From Acipenser ruthenus (Eukaryota): DNA of 64,000 nt. A model generated the notes under the pieces. It was not told the origin of the DNA. It did no database searches and saw nothing but the letters and a program-made list of their open reading frames with translations. The position numbers and the translations under genes were made by a program. The stretch is taken from assembly GCF_902713425.1 (NCBI RefSeq), contig NC_081214.1, positions 10,944,641-11,008,640 of the forward strand, written 5' to 3'. This document shows positions 26,599 through 39,372 of this stretch, one piece after another (within the stretch, counting starts at the first letter, position 1; each line of letters begins with the position of its first letter).

Positions 26599-27001
26599 AG
26601 CCCTCGCATTCACCCTCTGCTGGTGGACATGGCGGAGGCAGAGGCAGCTCCTGCTGCTCTGCTCCTGCCGGTGGAGGTGGCAGAGGCAGAGGCAGCTCCT
26701 GCTGCTCTGCTCTTGCCGGTGGAGGTGGCGGAGGCAGAGTCAGCTCCTGCTGCTCTGCTCCTGCCGGTGGAGGAGGCAGAGGCAGCTCCTGCTGCTCTGC
26801 TCCTGCCGGTGAAGGTGGCGGAAGCAGAGGCAGCTCCTGCTCCTCTGCTCCTGGCAGTGGTGGAGGCAGAGGCAGCTCCTGCTGCTCTGCTCCTAGTGGA
26901 GGAAGCGGTGGAGGTGGGAGCAGCGTGTAGTCTCCTGGCGATGGAGGTGGGAACAGCGTGTAGTCTCCTGACGATGGAGGTGGGAGCAGCGTGTAGTCTC
27001 C

Positions 27002-27544
27002 CTACGTTGCAGGGGTCTGGTGTGGCTCTGCCTCTGTTGCAGGGGACTGGTGCGGCTCTGCCTCTCTTGCAGGGACTGCTGTGGACCGACTCCTCCCTTT
27101 TGGGCTGTGGACGCACTGACTCCTCCCTTTTGGGCTGTGGACGCACCGACTCCCCCCTCTTGGGCTTAGGACGTTCGGGCTCCCCCCACTCAGACGTAGG
27201 ACGTTCGGGCTCCTCCCAGTCAGGCATAGGACGTTCGGGCTCCACCCTCTCAGGCGTAGGACGTTCGGGCTCCTCCCACTCAGGCGTAGGACGTTCGGGC
27301 TCCTCCCGCTTGGGCTGTGGACGCTCAGGCTCCTCCCGCTTGGGCTGTGGATGCTCAGTCTCCTCTTGGGCTGTGGATGCTCAGGTTCCTCCTCATAACT
27401 GCGGAAGGGACAGTTGGCGAACAGATGATCCTGATCGCAGAGGAGGCACCCCGGTGTTGGCTTGTTAAATCGCCGAGGATGTCTGGCCGTTAGGCGGCAC
27501 TCCTCCTCCCTGTCCTTCACCTCTTTATCCTCCTTCCATCCCAT
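27002..27544 (-). CDS. Gag-like N-terminal ORF with a zinc-knuckle-like CX2CX3HX4C motif (MGWKEDKEVKDREEECRL..RFNKPTPGCLLCDQDHLFANCPF...)
   Basis: The ATG lies about 110 nt downstream of the LTR 3' end in a Kozak-like context (aaaATGGg). The sequence CLLCDQDHLFANC follows. This start is conserved in every unit. Confidence 0.4.
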   Translation of the reverse strand: MGWKEDKEVKDREEECRLTARHPRRFNKPTPGCLLCDQDHLFANCPFRSYEEEPEHPQPKRRLSIHSPSGRSLSVHSPSGRSPNVLRLSGRSPNVLRLRGWSPNVLCLTGRSPNVLRLSGGSPNVLSPRGGSRCVHSPKGRSQCVHSPKGRSRSTAVPAREAEPHQSPATEAEPHQTPAT

Positions 27545-27635
27545 TTTATTTATTTATATATATATTTTTTTGTAATCAATTTTTTTTTCCCCAAAAAAAT
27601 GCGGTTCCTGCTCTGGCCTGAGTCCAGGAGGAGCT

Positions 27636-27656
27636 GTCGTCCCGATTCTAACACCA
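27636..27656 (-). promoter_or_regulatory. Putative primer-binding site (TGGTGTTAGAATCGGGACGAC) adjacent to the LTR 3' end, unit 1 only
   Basis: It starts with TGG immediately after ...GTGACACA. The same position in units 2-5 reads TAGTGTCAGAACCGGGACGAC, with TGG changed to TAG. I could not assign a tRNA from memory. Confidence 0.35.
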
Positions 27657-28220
27657 TGTGTCACAAAGACGGCCGGAGTGGGTGGCGTCAGACCAGATCC
27701 AGGAAATAAACAACAGAGACTTGGAGTTTTGGTGAAGCTGAGCACGTGATCGCGCTCAGCATTTAATAATTAACAGACCAGAAAATAAAAAGGGTTGAAC
27801 ACAAAACAGGACACGCCAAAATAAAGAGACAAACAAAGCAGACTACACAGACAAACACGGTGAGCTTCTATTCTTCACAATTACCTCCGTCTCCAATCCC
27901 GATCTCCACTCACCGAACACACAACCCCGAGTGAATGAAAATGTGTCTATATATACTGTTGTGCTGGGATTCAATTACCAATTAATTATTCACTTGAATC
28001 CCAGCACGTGAATTCATTACATGCAAAACCGTGCTCACATATTACACTTAACCAGCACGTGAAGTGATTTGTGCCCTCCTCATGCCTAAATACAAATCTA
28101 CATTTTTAAATACACGTGAAACACAGACCCGTTTATATCCCGTGTACCAATCTCTATACACCAACATTAACACACGCAACATACAACACTTAACACACAG
28201 GGGCGGGGCGCATTGCCACA
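27657..28220 (-). mobile_element. LTR copy 1 of array
   Basis: Reverse complement of the solo-LTR family, TGTGGCAATGCGCC...CTTTGTGACACA. A poly-G tract (PPT) sits directly on its 5' side and a TGG-initiated PBS-like sequence on its 3' side. Confidence 0.8.
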
Positions 28221-28350
28221 TATACCCCCCCCCCTTGTGCGCAGCACACATGGCCTCAACGGCCACCTCCCCCCTTAAAAACCCAGCAGTCCAGGACAAA
28301 GTCTCGGGCTGGGAAGGGAGGCTTCAGTGGGCCCATGGCTGGCAATGCTG

Positions 28351-29880
28351 TCAGCATCCCTGCCGGTAGTGACACGGCTGACAGCATGCTGGTCCACTCC
28401 TGCAGTGAAATTGCTGCGGGGGATGCTGGTCTCCTGACCTTTTCTTCGTAGCCGATAGCTCCCCTTTGTGGGGCTCCGACCACAGTACTTCCGGCAGCGA
28501 AGAAGCTGCAGTGGGAGCAGGTCTCCAGACCTCCCCCACGATCTCCGGCAGCGAAACTACTGCAGTGGGAGCAGGTCTCCTGACCTCCCCCACCTTCTTC
28601 GTGGCCGGCAGCTCCCCTTGGTGGGGTTCCGGCCACAGTACTTCCTGCTGCGATGCGGAGCAACTGGCAGCCGCAGGCGATGGGGAGCGTCTGGCAACCC
28701 CAGGCGATGCGGAGCGGCTGGCAGCCCCAGGCGATGCGGAGCGACAGGCAGCCCCAGGCGATGTCAGACAGGCATCCTTGGGCGAAGCGTGGCAGGCATC
28801 CTTGGGCGAAGCGTGGCAGGCATCCTTGTGCGAAGCGAGGCAGGCATCCTTGGGCGAAGCAAGGCAGGGAGTCAGGACAAGCTGGGGTGCGGGTGTTGGC
28901 CCTATTCTCGACCTCTGCGGCCGGGCGGTTCTTCCCCGTGCTTCCCTCAGCAGCCTATGCAAGGGCCGCTGAGGACCGCCAGCATCTAGGCCTGGGCCGT
29001 CTGGTGAAGGGAGAGGCAGCTCCTGCTCCTCTCCCCCTGATGGTGATGGAGGCAGAGGCAGCTCCCGCTCCTCTCCTCGTGATGATGGGGAAAGTGAAAC
29101 CAGCAGGCATTCATCCTCTGCTGGTGGGGGAAGTGATACCAGCAGGTATTCAGCCTCTGCTGGTGGGGGAAGTGATACCAGCAGGTATTCATCCTGTGCT
29201 GGTGGACAGGGACCCAGCAGGCATTTACCCTCTGCTGGTGGACAGGGACCCAGCAGGCATTCACCCTCTGCTGGTGGACAGGGACCCAGCAGGCATTCAC
29301 CCTCTGCTGGTGGACAGGGACCCAGCAGGCATTCACCCTCTGCTGGTGGACAGGGACCCAGCAGGCATTCACCCTCTGCTGGTGGACATGGCGGAGGCAG
29401 AGGCAGCTCCTGCTGCTCTGCTCCTGCCGGTGGAGGTGGTGGAGGCAGAGGCAGCTCCTGCTGCTCTGCTCCTGTCGGTGGAGGTGGCGGAGGTAGAGGC
29501 AGCTCCTGCTGCTCTGCTCCTGCCGGTGAAGGTGGTGGAAGCAGAGGCAGCTCCTGCTCCTCTGCTCCTGGCGGTGGTGGAGGCAGAGGCAGCTCCTGCT
29601 GCTCTGCTCCTAGTGGAGGAAGCGGTGGAGGTGGCGGAGGCAGAGGCAGCTCCTGCTGCTCTGCTCCTAGTGGCGGAAGCGGTGGAGGTGGGAGCAGCGT
29701 GTACTCCTGACGATGGAGGTGGGAGCAGCGTGTAGTCTCCCGACGTTGCAGGGGACTGGTTTGGCTGTCTCTCTTGCAGGGGACTGGTGCGGCTCTGCCT
29801 CTTGCAGGGACTGGTGCTGCTCTGCCTCTCTTGCAGGGGACTGTAGTGGAGGCAGTGGCGATGGGGCGGATGCTGGCCAC
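28351..29880 (-). CDS. Proline/glutamate-rich repetitive ORF (509 aa in unit 1), continuing the gag-like ORF after a frameshift
   Basis: It is built from in-frame minisatellites whose periods are all multiples of 3. The opposite strand is also open, so coding status is uncertain. Confidence 0.25.
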   Translation of the reverse strand: MASIRPIATASTTVPCKRGRAAPVPARGRAAPVPCKRDSQTSPLQRRETTRCSHLHRQEYTLLPPPPLPPLGAEQQELPLPPPPPPLPPLGAEQQELPLPPPPPGAEEQELPLLPPPSPAGAEQQELPLPPPPPPTGAEQQELPLPPPPPPAGAEQQELPLPPPCPPAEGECLLGPCPPAEGECLLGPCPPAEGECLLGPCPPAEGECLLGPCPPAEGKCLLGPCPPAQDEYLLVSLPPPAEAEYLLVSLPPPAEDECLLVSLSPSSRGEERELPLPPSPSGGEEQELPLPSPDGPGLDAGGPQRPLHRLLREARGRTARPQRSRIGPTPAPQLVLTPCLASPKDACLASHKDACHASPKDACHASPKDACLTSPGAACRSASPGAASRSASPGVARRSPSPAAASCSASQQEVLWPEPHQGELPATKKVGEVRRPAPTAVVSLPEIVGEVWRPAPTAASSLPEVLWSEPHKGELSATKKRSGDQHPPQQFHCRSGPACCQPCHYRQGC

Positions 29881-30220
29881 TCAGAGGGAGGCTGTGGCGG
29901 TGCTGGCTCCCTCTGCTGTGGCGGCTGGGCTGGTGTGTGCCTTGCTCCCTTCAGCAGCATAAATAGAGGCTGCTGGGGGACACCAGCATCCTGCCCTTCT
30001 CCCCCCCAGAAAAATTCAGGGGGTTGAGCCTGTAACTCCTCCCCTTCTGGCTCTTGGGACGGCAGCAGCAGGTGAACCAACAGGCATGCTTCCTCTGCTG
30101 GTGGACACTGGGACAGCAGGCCTTGTTCCTCTGCTGGTGTAGATGGGGACAGCAGGCATTGTTCTTCTGCTGGTGGAGGTGGAACCAGCAGGCATTCTCC
30201 CTCTGCTGGCAGCTTGGCTC

Positions 30221-30697
30221 CTAGGGCTGTGGAAGCCCCGACTTCCCTCTCTTCGGGCTGCGGACGCACCGACTCCTCCCTTTTGGGCTGTGGACGCACC
30301 GACTCCTCCCTTTTGGGATGTGGACGCACCGACTCCCCCCTCTTGGGCTTAGGACTTTCGGGCTCCCCCCACTCAGACGTAGGACGTTCGGGCTCCTCCC
30401 AGTCAGGCGTAGGACGTTCGGGCTCCCACTCAGGCGTAGGACGTTCGGGCTCCTCCCACTCAGGCTAGGACGTTCGGGCTCCTCCCGCTTGGGCTGTGGA
30501 TGCTCAGTTTCCTCCCACTTAGGTTGTGAACGCTCAGGCTCCTCCTCATAACTGCGGAAGGGACAGTTGGCGAACAGATGATCCTGGTCGCAGAGGAGGC
30601 ACCCCGGCGTTGGCTTGTTAAATCGCCGAGGATGTCTGGCCCTTAGGCGGCACTCCTCCTCCCTGTCCTTCACCTCTTTATCCTCCTTCCATCCCAT
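30221..30697 (-). CDS. Gag-like N-terminal ORF, unit 2
   Basis: Same start sequence as 27002-27544. Confidence 0.4.
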   Translation of the reverse strand: MGWKEDKEVKDREEECRLRARHPRRFNKPTPGCLLCDQDHLFANCPFRSYEEEPERSQPKWEETEHPQPKREEPERPSLSGRSPNVLRLSGSPNVLRLTGRSPNVLRLSGGSPKVLSPRGGSRCVHIPKGRSRCVHSPKGRSRCVRSPKRGKSGLPQP

Positions 30698-30810
30698 TTT
30701 ATTTATTTATATATAGATTTTTTTTGTAATCAATTTTTTTTTCCCCAAAAAAATGCGGTTCCTGCTCTGGCCTGAGTCCTGGAGGCGCTGTCGTCCCGGT
30801 TCTGACACTA

Positions 30811-31384
30811 TGTGTCACAAAGACGGCCGGAGTGGGTGGCGTCAGACCAGATCCAGGATATAAACAACAGAGACTTGGAGTTTTGGTGAAGCTGAGCACG
30901 TGATCGCGCTCAGCATTTAATAATTAACAGACCAGAAAATAAAAAGGGTTGAACACAAAACAGGACACCGCACTTCACGCCAAAATAAAGAGACAAACAA
31001 AGCAGACTACACAGAAAAACACGGTGAGCTTCTATTCTTCACAATTACCTCCGTCTCCAATCCCGATCTCCACTCACCGAACACACAACCCCGATTGAAT
31101 GAAAATGTGTCTATATATACTGTTGTGCTGGCATTCAATTACCAATTAATTATTCACTTGAATCCCAGCACGTGAATTCATTACATGCAACCCCGTGCTA
31201 ACATATTACACTTAACCAGCACGTGAAGTGATTTGTGCCCTCCTCATGCCTAAATACAAATCTACATTTTTAAATACACGTGAAACACAGACCCGTTTAT
31301 ATCCCGTGGACCAATCTCTATACACCAACATTAACACACGCAACATACAACACTTAACACACAGGGGCGGGGCGCATTGCCACA
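30811..31384 (-). mobile_element. LTR copy 2 of array
   Basis: Same boundaries: plus-strand tgtgtcaca...attgccaca. Confidence 0.8.
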
Positions 31385-33250
31385 TATACCCCCCCCCTTG
31401 TGCGCAGCACACATGGCCTCAACGGCCACCTCCCCCCTTAAATACCCAGCAGTCCAGGACAAAGTCTCGGGCTGGGAAGGGAGGCTTCAGTGGGCCCATG
31501 GCTGGCAATGCTGTCAGCACCCCTGCCGGTAGTGGCACGGCTGACAGCATGCTGGTCCACTCCTGCAGTGAAATTGCTGCGGGGGATGCTGGTCTCCTGA
31601 CCTTTTCTTCGTAGCCGATAGCTCCCCTTTCTGGGGCTCTGACCACAGTACTTCCGGCAGCGAAGAAGCTTGCAGTGGGAGCAGGTCGCCAGACCTCCCC
31701 ACGATCTCCGGCAGCGAAACTACTGCAGTGGGAGCAGGTCTACTGACCTCCCCGACCTTCTTCATGGCCGGCAGCTCCCCTTGGTGGGGTTCCGGCCACA
31801 GTACTTCCTGCTGCGATGCGGAGCAACTGGCAGCCGCAGGCGATGCGGAGTGGCTGGCAACCCCAGGCGATGCGGAGCGGCTGGCAGCCCCAGGCGATGC
31901 GGAGCGACAGGCAGCCCCAGGTGATGCGGAGCGACAGGCAGCCCCAGGGGATGCCAGACAGGCATCCTTGGGCGAAGCGTGGCAGGCATCCTTGGGCGAA
32001 GTGTGGCAAGCATCCTTGTGCGAAGCGAGGCAGGCATCCTTGGGCGAAGCGAGGCAGGGAGTCAGGACAAGCTGGGGTGCGGGTGTTGGCCCTCTTCTCG
32101 ACCTCTGCGGCCGGGCGGTTCTTCCCCATGCTTCCCTCAGCAGCCTATGCAAGGGCCGCTGAGGACCGCCAGCATCTAGGCCTGGGCCGTCTGGTGAAGG
32201 GAGAGGCAGCTCCTGCTCCTCTCCCCCTGATGGTGATGGAGGCAGAGGCAGCTCCCGCTCCTCTCCTCGTGATGGTGGGGGAAGTGATACCAGCAGGTAT
32301 TCATCCTCTGCTGGTGGACAGGGACCCAGCAGGCATTTACCCTCTGCTGGTGGACAGGGACCCAGCAGGCATTCACCCTCTGCTGGTGGACAGGGACCCA
32401 GCAGGCATTCACCCTCTGCTGGTGGACAGGGACCCAGCAGGCATTCACCCTCTGCTGGTGGACATGGCGGAGGCAGAGGCAGCTCCTGCTGCTCTGCTCC
32501 TGCCGGTGGAGGTGGCGGAGGCAGAGGCAGCTCCTGCTGCTCTGCTCCTGCCGGTAAAGGTGGTGGAAGCAGAGGCAGCTCCTGCTCCTCTGCTCCTGGC
32601 GGTGGTGGAGGCAGAGGCAGCTCCTGCTGCTCTGCTCCTAGTGGAGGAAGCGGTGGAGGTGGCGGAGGCAGAGGCAGCTCCTGCTGCTCTGCTCCTAGTG
32701 GCGGAAGCGGTGGAGGTGGGAGCAGCGTGTACTCCTGACGATGGAGGTGGGAGCAGCGTGTAGTCTCCCGACGTTGCAAGGGACTGGTTTGGCTCTGCCT
32801 CTCTTGCAGGGGACTGGTGCGGCTCTGCCTCTTGCAGGGACTGGTGCAGCTCTGCCTCTCTTGCAGGGGACTGTAGTGGAGGCAGTGGCGACGGGGCGGA
32901 TGCTGGCCACTCAGAGGGAGGCTGTGGCGGTGCTGGCACCCTCTGCTGTGGCGGCTGGGCTGGTGTGTGCCGTGCTCCCTTCAGCAGCATAAATAGAGGC
33001 TGCTGGGGGACACCAGCATCCTTTCCTTCTCCCCCCCAGAAAAATTCAGGGGGTTGAGCCTGTAACTCCTCCCCTTCTGGCTCTTGGGACGGCAGCAGCA
33101 GGTGAACCAACAGGCATGCTTCCTCTGCTGGTGGACACTGGGACAGCAGGCCTTGTTCCTCTGCTAGTGTAGATGGGGACAGCAGGCACTGTTCTTCTTC
33201 TGGTGGAGGTGGAACCAGCAGGCATTCTCCCTCTGCTGGCAGCTTGGGTC

Positions 33251-33757
33251 CTAGGGCTGTGGAAGCCCCGACTTCCCTCTCTTCGGGCTGTGGACGCACC
33301 GACTCCTCCCTTTTGGGCTGTGGACGCACCGACTCCTCCCTTTTGGGCTGTGGACGCACCGACTCCTCCCTTTTGGGCTGTGGACGCACCGACTCCCCCC
33401 TCTTGGGCTTAGGACTTTCGGGCTCCCCCCACTCAGACGTAGGACGTTCGGGCTCCTCCCAGTCAGGCGTAGGACGTTCGGGCTCCCACTCAGGCGTAGG
33501 ACGTTCGGGCTCCTCCCACTCAGGCTAGGACGTTCGGGCTCCTCCCGCTTGGGCTGTGGATGCTCAGTTTCCTCCCACTTAGGTTGTGAACGCTCAGGCT
33601 CCTCCTCATAACTGCGGAAGGGACAGTTGGCGAACAGATGATCCTGGTCGCAGAGGAGGCACCCCGGCGTTGGCTTGTTAAATCGCCGAGGATGTCTGGC
33701 CCTTAGGCGGCACTCCTCCTCCCTGTCCTTCACCTCTTTATCCTCCTTCCATCCCAT
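33251..33757 (-). CDS. Gag-like N-terminal ORF, unit 3
   Basis: Identical to the unit 4 copy (36315-36821). The downstream repetitive ORFs 32445-33389 and 31514-32779 overlap it in other frames. Confidence 0.4.
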   Translation of the reverse strand: MGWKEDKEVKDREEECRLRARHPRRFNKPTPGCLLCDQDHLFANCPFRSYEEEPERSQPKWEETEHPQPKREEPERPSLSGRSPNVLRLSGSPNVLRLTGRSPNVLRLSGGSPKVLSPRGGSRCVHSPKGRSRCVHSPKGRSRCVHSPKGRSRCVHSPKRGKSGLPQP

Positions 33758-33870
33758 TTTATTTATTTATATATAGATTTTTTTTGTAATCAATTTTTTT
33801 TTCCCCCAAAAAATGCAGTTCCTGCTCTGGCCTGAGTCCTGGAGGCGCTGTCGTCCCGGTTCTGACACTA

Positions 33871-34444
33871 TGTGTCACAAAGACGGCCGGAGTGGGTGGC
33901 GTCAGACCAGATCCAGGATATAAACAACAGAGACTTGGAGTTTTGGTGAAGCTGAGCACGTGATCGCGCTCAGCATTTAATAATTAACAGACCAGAAAAT
34001 AAAAAGGGTTGAACACAAAAAAGGACACGGCACTTCACGCCAAAATAAAGAGACAAACAAAGCAGACTACACAGAAAAACACGGTGAGCTTCTATTCTTC
34101 ACAATTACCTCCGTCTCCAATCCCGATCTCCACTCACCGAACACACAACCCCGATTGAATGAAAATGTGTCTATATATACTGTTGTGCTGGCATTCAATT
34201 ACCAATTAATTATTCACTTGAATCCCAGCACGTGAATTCATTACATGCAACCCCGTGCTAACATATTACACTTAACCAGCACGTGAAGTGATTTGTGCCC
34301 TCCTCATGCCTAAATACAAATCTACATTTTTAAATACACGTGAAACACAGACCCGTTTATATCCCGTGGACCAATCTCTATACACCAACATTAACACACG
34401 CAACATACAACACTTAACACACAGGGGCGGGGCGCATTGCCACA
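33871..34444 (-). mobile_element. LTR copy 3 of array
   Basis: Same boundaries; near-identical to copies 2 and 4. Confidence 0.8.
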
Positions 34445-34460
34445 TATACCCCCCCCCCCC
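34445..34460 (-). promoter_or_regulatory. Polypurine tract (AAGGGGGGGGGGGGG) immediately 5' of the LTR
   Basis: Seen as a poly-C run on the plus strand. G-run length varies between units: 10, 9, 13, 8 and 13. Confidence 0.5.
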
Positions 34461-36314
34461 CTTGTGCGCAGCACACATGGCCTCAACGGCCACCTCCCCC
34501 CTTAAATACCCAGCAGTCCAGGACAAAGTCTCGGGCTGGGAAGGGAGGCTTCAGTGGGCCCATGGCTGGCAATGCTGTCAGCACCCCTGCCGGTAGTGGC
34601 ACGGCTGACAGCATGCTGGTCCACTCCTGCAGTGAAATTGCTGCGGGGGATGCTGGTCTCCTGACCTTTTCTTCGTAGCCGATAGCTCCCCTTTCTGGGG
34701 CTCTGACCACAGTACTTCCGGCAGCGAAGAAGCTTGCAGTGGGAGCAGGTCGCCAGACCTCCCCACGATCTCCGGCAGCGAAACTACTGCAGTGGGAGCA
34801 GGTCTACTGACCTCCCCGACCTTCTTCATGGCCGGCAGCTCCCCTTGGTGGGGTTCCGGCCACAGTACTTCCTGCTGCGATGCGGAGCAACTGGCAGCCG
34901 CAGGCGATGCGGAGTGGCTGGCAACCCCAGGCGATGCGGAGCGGCTGGCAGCCCCAGGCGATGCGGAGCGACAGGCAGCCCCAGGTGATGCGGAGCGACA
35001 GGCAGCCCCAGGGGATGCCAGACAGGCATCCTTGGGCGAAGCGTGGCAGGCATCCTTGGGCGAAGTGTGGCAAGCATCCTTGTGCGAAGCGAGGCAGGCA
35101 TCCTTGGGCGAAGCGAGGCAGGGAGTCAGGACAAGCTGGGGTGCGGGTGTTGGCCCTCTTCTCGACCTCTGCGGCCGGGCGGTTCTTCCCCATGCTTCCC
35201 TCAGCAGCCTATGCAAGGGCCGCTGAGGACCGCCAGCATCTAGGCCTGGGCCGTCTGGTGAAGGGAGAGGCAGCTCCTGCTCCTCTCCCCCTGATGGTGA
35301 TGGAGGCAGAGGCAGCTCCCGCTCCTCTCCTCGTGATGGTGGGGGAAGTGATACCAGCAGGTATTCATCCTCTGCTGGTGGACAGGGACCCAGCAGGCAT
35401 TTACCCTCTGCTGGTGGACAGGGACCCAGCAGGCATTCACCCTCTGCTGGTGGACAGGGACCCAGCAGGCATTCACCCTCTGCTGGTGGACAGGGACCCA
35501 GCAGGCATTCACCCTCTGCTGGTGGACATGGCGGAGGCAGAGGCAGCTCCTGCTGCTCTGCTCCTGCCGGTGGAGGTGGCGGAGGCAGAGGCAGCTCCTG
35601 CTGCTCTGCTCCTGCCGGTAAAGGTGGTGGAAGCAGAGGCAGCTCCTGCTCCTCTGCTCCTGGCGGTGGTGGAGGCAGAGGCAGCTCCTGCTGCTCTGCT
35701 CCTAGTGGAGGAAGCGGTGGAGGTGGCGGAGGCAGAGGCAGCTCCTGCTGCTCTGCTCCTAGTGGCGGAAGCGGTGGAGGTGGGAGCAGCGTGTACTCCT
35801 GACGATGGAGGTGGGAGCAGCGTGTAGTCTCCCGACGTTGCAAGGGACTGGTTTGGCTCTGCCTCTCTTGCAGGGGACTGGTGCGGCTCTGCCTCTTGCA
35901 GGGACTGGTGCGGCTCTGCCTCTCTTGCAGGGGACTGTAGTGGAGGCAGTGGCGACGGGGCGGATGCTGGCCACTCAGAGGGAGGCTGTGGCGGTGCTGG
36001 CACCCTCTGCTGTGGCGGCTGGGCTGGTGTGTGCCGTGCTCCCTTCAGCAGCATAAATAGAGGCTGCTGGGGGACACCAGCATCCTTTCCTTCTCCCCCC
36101 CAGAAAAATTCAGGGGGTTGAGCCTGTAACTCCTCCCCTTCTGGCTCTTGGGACGGCAGCAGCAGGTGAACCAACAGGCATGCTTCCTCTGCTGGTGGAC
36201 ACTGGGACAGCAGGCCTTGTTCCTCTGCTAGTGTAGATGGGGACAGCAGGCATTGTTCTTCTTCTGGTGGAGGTGGAACCAGCAGGCATTCTCCCTCTGC
36301 TGGCAGCTTGGGTC

Positions 36315-36821
36315 CTAGGGCTGTGGAAGCCCCGACTTCCCTCTCTTCGGGCTGTGGACGCACCGACTCCTCCCTTTTGGGCTGTGGACGCACCGACTCC
36401 TCCCTTTTGGGCTGTGGACGCACCGACTCCTCCCTTTTGGGCTGTGGACGCACCGACTCCCCCCTCTTGGGCTTAGGACTTTCGGGCTCCCCCCACTCAG
36501 ACGTAGGACGTTCGGGCTCCTCCCAGTCAGGCGTAGGACGTTCGGGCTCCCACTCAGGCGTAGGACGTTCGGGCTCCTCCCACTCAGGCTAGGACGTTCG
36601 GGCTCCTCCCGCTTGGGCTGTGGATGCTCAGTTTCCTCCCACTTAGGTTGTGAACGCTCAGGCTCCTCCTCATAACTGCGGAAGGGACAGTTGGCGAACA
36701 GATGATCCTGGTCGCAGAGGAGGCACCCCGGCGTTGGCTTGTTAAATCGCCGAGGATGTCTGGCCCTTAGGCGGCACTCCTCCTCCCTGTCCTTCACCTC
36801 TTTATCCTCCTTCCATCCCAT
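36315..36821 (-). CDS. Gag-like N-terminal ORF, unit 4
   Basis: Identical to the unit 3 copy. Confidence 0.4.
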   Translation of the reverse strand: MGWKEDKEVKDREEECRLRARHPRRFNKPTPGCLLCDQDHLFANCPFRSYEEEPERSQPKWEETEHPQPKREEPERPSLSGRSPNVLRLSGSPNVLRLTGRSPNVLRLSGGSPKVLSPRGGSRCVHSPKGRSRCVHSPKGRSRCVHSPKGRSRCVHSPKRGKSGLPQP

Positions 36822-36933
36822 TTTATTTATTTATATATAGATTTTTTTTGTAATCAATTTTTTTTCCCCAAAAAAATGCGGTTCCTGCTCTGGCCTGAGT
36901 CCTGGAGGCGCTGTCGTCCCGGTTCTGACACTA

Positions 36934-37507
36934 TGTGTCACAAAGACGGCCGGAGTGGGTGGCGTCAGACCAGATCCAGGATATAAACAACAGAGACTTG
37001 GAGTTTTGGTGAAGCTGAGCACGTGATCGCGCTCAGCATTTAATAATTAACAGACCAGAAAATAAAAAGGGTTGAACACAAAACAGGACACGGCACTTCA
37101 CGCCAAAATAAAGAGACAAACAAAGCAGACTACACAGAAAAACACGGTGAGCTTCTATTCTTCACAATTACCTCCGTCTCCAATCCCGATCTCCACTCAC
37201 CGAACACACAACCCCGATTGAATGAAAATGTGTCTATATATACTGTTGTGCTGGCATTCAATTACCAATTAATTATTCACTTGAATCCCAGCACGTGAAT
37301 TCATTACATGCAACCCCGTGCTAACATATTACACTTAACCAGCACGTGAAGTGATTTGTGCCCTCCTCATGCCTAAATACAAATCTACATTTTTAAATAC
37401 ACGTGAAACACAGACCCGTTTATATCCCGTGGACCAATCTCTATACACCAACATTAACACACGCAACATACAACACTTAACACACAGGGGCGGGGCGCAT
37501 TGCCACA
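36934..37507 (-). mobile_element. LTR copy 4 of array
   Basis: Same boundaries. Confidence 0.8.
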
Positions 37508-39372
37508 TATACCCCCCCCTTGTGCGCAGCACACATGGCCTCAACGGCCACCTCCCCCCTTAAATACCCAGCAGTCCAGGACAAAGTCTCGGGCTGGGAA
37601 GGGAGGCTTCAGTGGGCCCATGGCTGGCAATGCTGTCAGCACCCCTGCCGGTAGTGGCACGGCTGACAGCATGCTGGTCCACTCCTGCAGTGAAATTGCT
37701 GCGGGGGATGCTGGTCTCCTGACCTTTTCTTCGTAGCCGATAGCTCCCCTTTCTGGGGCTCTGACCACAGTACTTCCGGCAGCGAAGAAGCTTGCAGTGG
37801 GAGCAGGTCGCCAGACCTCCCCACGATCTCCGGCAGCGAAACTACTGCAGTGGGAGCAGGTCTACTGACCTCCCCGACCTTCTTCATGGCCGGCAGCTCC
37901 CCTTGGTGGGGTTCCGGCCACAGTACTTCCTGCTGCGATGCGGAGCAACTGGCAGCTGCAGGCGATGCGGAGTGGCTGGCAACCCCAGGCGATGCGGAGC
38001 GGCTGGCAGCCCCAGGCGATGCGGAGCGACAGGCAGCCCCAGGTGATGCGGAGCGACAGGCAGCCCCAGGGGATGCCAGACAGGCATCCTTGGGCGAAGC
38101 GTGGCAGGCATCCTTGGGCGAAGTGTGGCAAGCATCCTTGTGCGAAGCGAGGCAGGCATCCTTGGGCGAAGCGAGGCAGGGAGTCAGGACAAGCTGGGGT
38201 GCGGGTGTTGGCCCTCTTCTCGACCTCTGCGGCCGGGCGGTTCTTCCCCATGCTTCCCTCAGCAGCCTATGCAAGGGCCGCTGAGGACCGCCAGCATCTA
38301 GGCCTGGGCCGTCTGGTGAAGGGAGAGGCAGCTCCTGCTCCTCTCCCCCTGATGGTGATGGAGGCAGAGGCAGCTCCCGCTCCTCTCCTCGTGATGGTGG
38401 GGGAAGTGATACCAGCAGGTATTCATCCTCTGCTGGTGGACAGGGACCCAGCAGGCATTTACCCTCTGCTGGTGGACAGGGACCCAGCAGGCATTCACCC
38501 TCTGCTGGTGGACAGGGACCCAGCAGGCATTCACCCTCTGCTGGTGGACAGGGACCCAGCAGGCATTCACCCTCTGCTGGTGGACATGGCGGAGGCAGAG
38601 GCAGCTCCTGCTGCTCTGCTCCTGCCGGTGGAGGTGGCGGAGGCAGAGGCAGCTCCTGCTGCTCTGCTCCTGCCGGTAAAGGTGGTGGAAGCAGAAGCAG
38701 CTCCTGCTCCTCTGCTCCTGGCGGTGGTGGAGGCAGAGGCAGCTCCTGCTGCTCTGCTCCTAGTGGAGGAAGCGGTGGAGGTGGCGGAGGCAGAGGCAGC
38801 TCCTGCTGCTCTGCTCCTAGTGGCGGAAGCGGTGGAGGTGGGAGCAGCGTGTACTCCTGACGATGGAGGTGGGAGCAGCGTGTAGTCTCCCGACGTTGCA
38901 AGGGACTGGTTTGGCTCTGCCTCTCTTGCAGGGGACTGGTGCGGCTCTGCCTCTTGCAGGGACTGGTGCGGCTCTGCCTCTCTTGCAGGGGACTGTAGTG
39001 GAGGCAGTGGCGACGGGGCGGATGCTGGCCACTCAGAGGGAGGCTGTGGCGGTGCTGGCACCCTCTGCTGTGGCGGCTGGGCTGGTGTGTGCCGTGCTCC
39101 CTTCAGCAGCATAAATAGAGGCTGCTGGGGGACACCAGCATCCTTTCCTTCTCCCCCCCAGAAAAATTCAGGGGGTTGAGCCTGTAACTCCTCCCCTTCT
39201 GGCTCTTGGGACGGCAGCAGCAGGTGAACCAACAGGCATGCTTCCTCTGCTGGTGGACACTGGGACAGCAGGCCTTGTTCCTCTGCTAGTGTAGATGGGG
39301 ACAGCAGGCATTGTTCTTCTTCTGGTGGAGGTGGAACCAGCAGGCATTCTCCCTCTGCTGGCAGCTTGGGTC

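Noticed and set aside
11955-26930. Long ORFs on both strands (up to 687 aa, for example 14839-16902 and 24963-26930) rich in P, G, A, R and S
   Set aside because: These are artefacts of the GC-rich 72-bp satellite, where 72 bp is 24 codons. Overlapping ORFs are open in several frames on both strands, are strictly periodic, and have no domain signatures.
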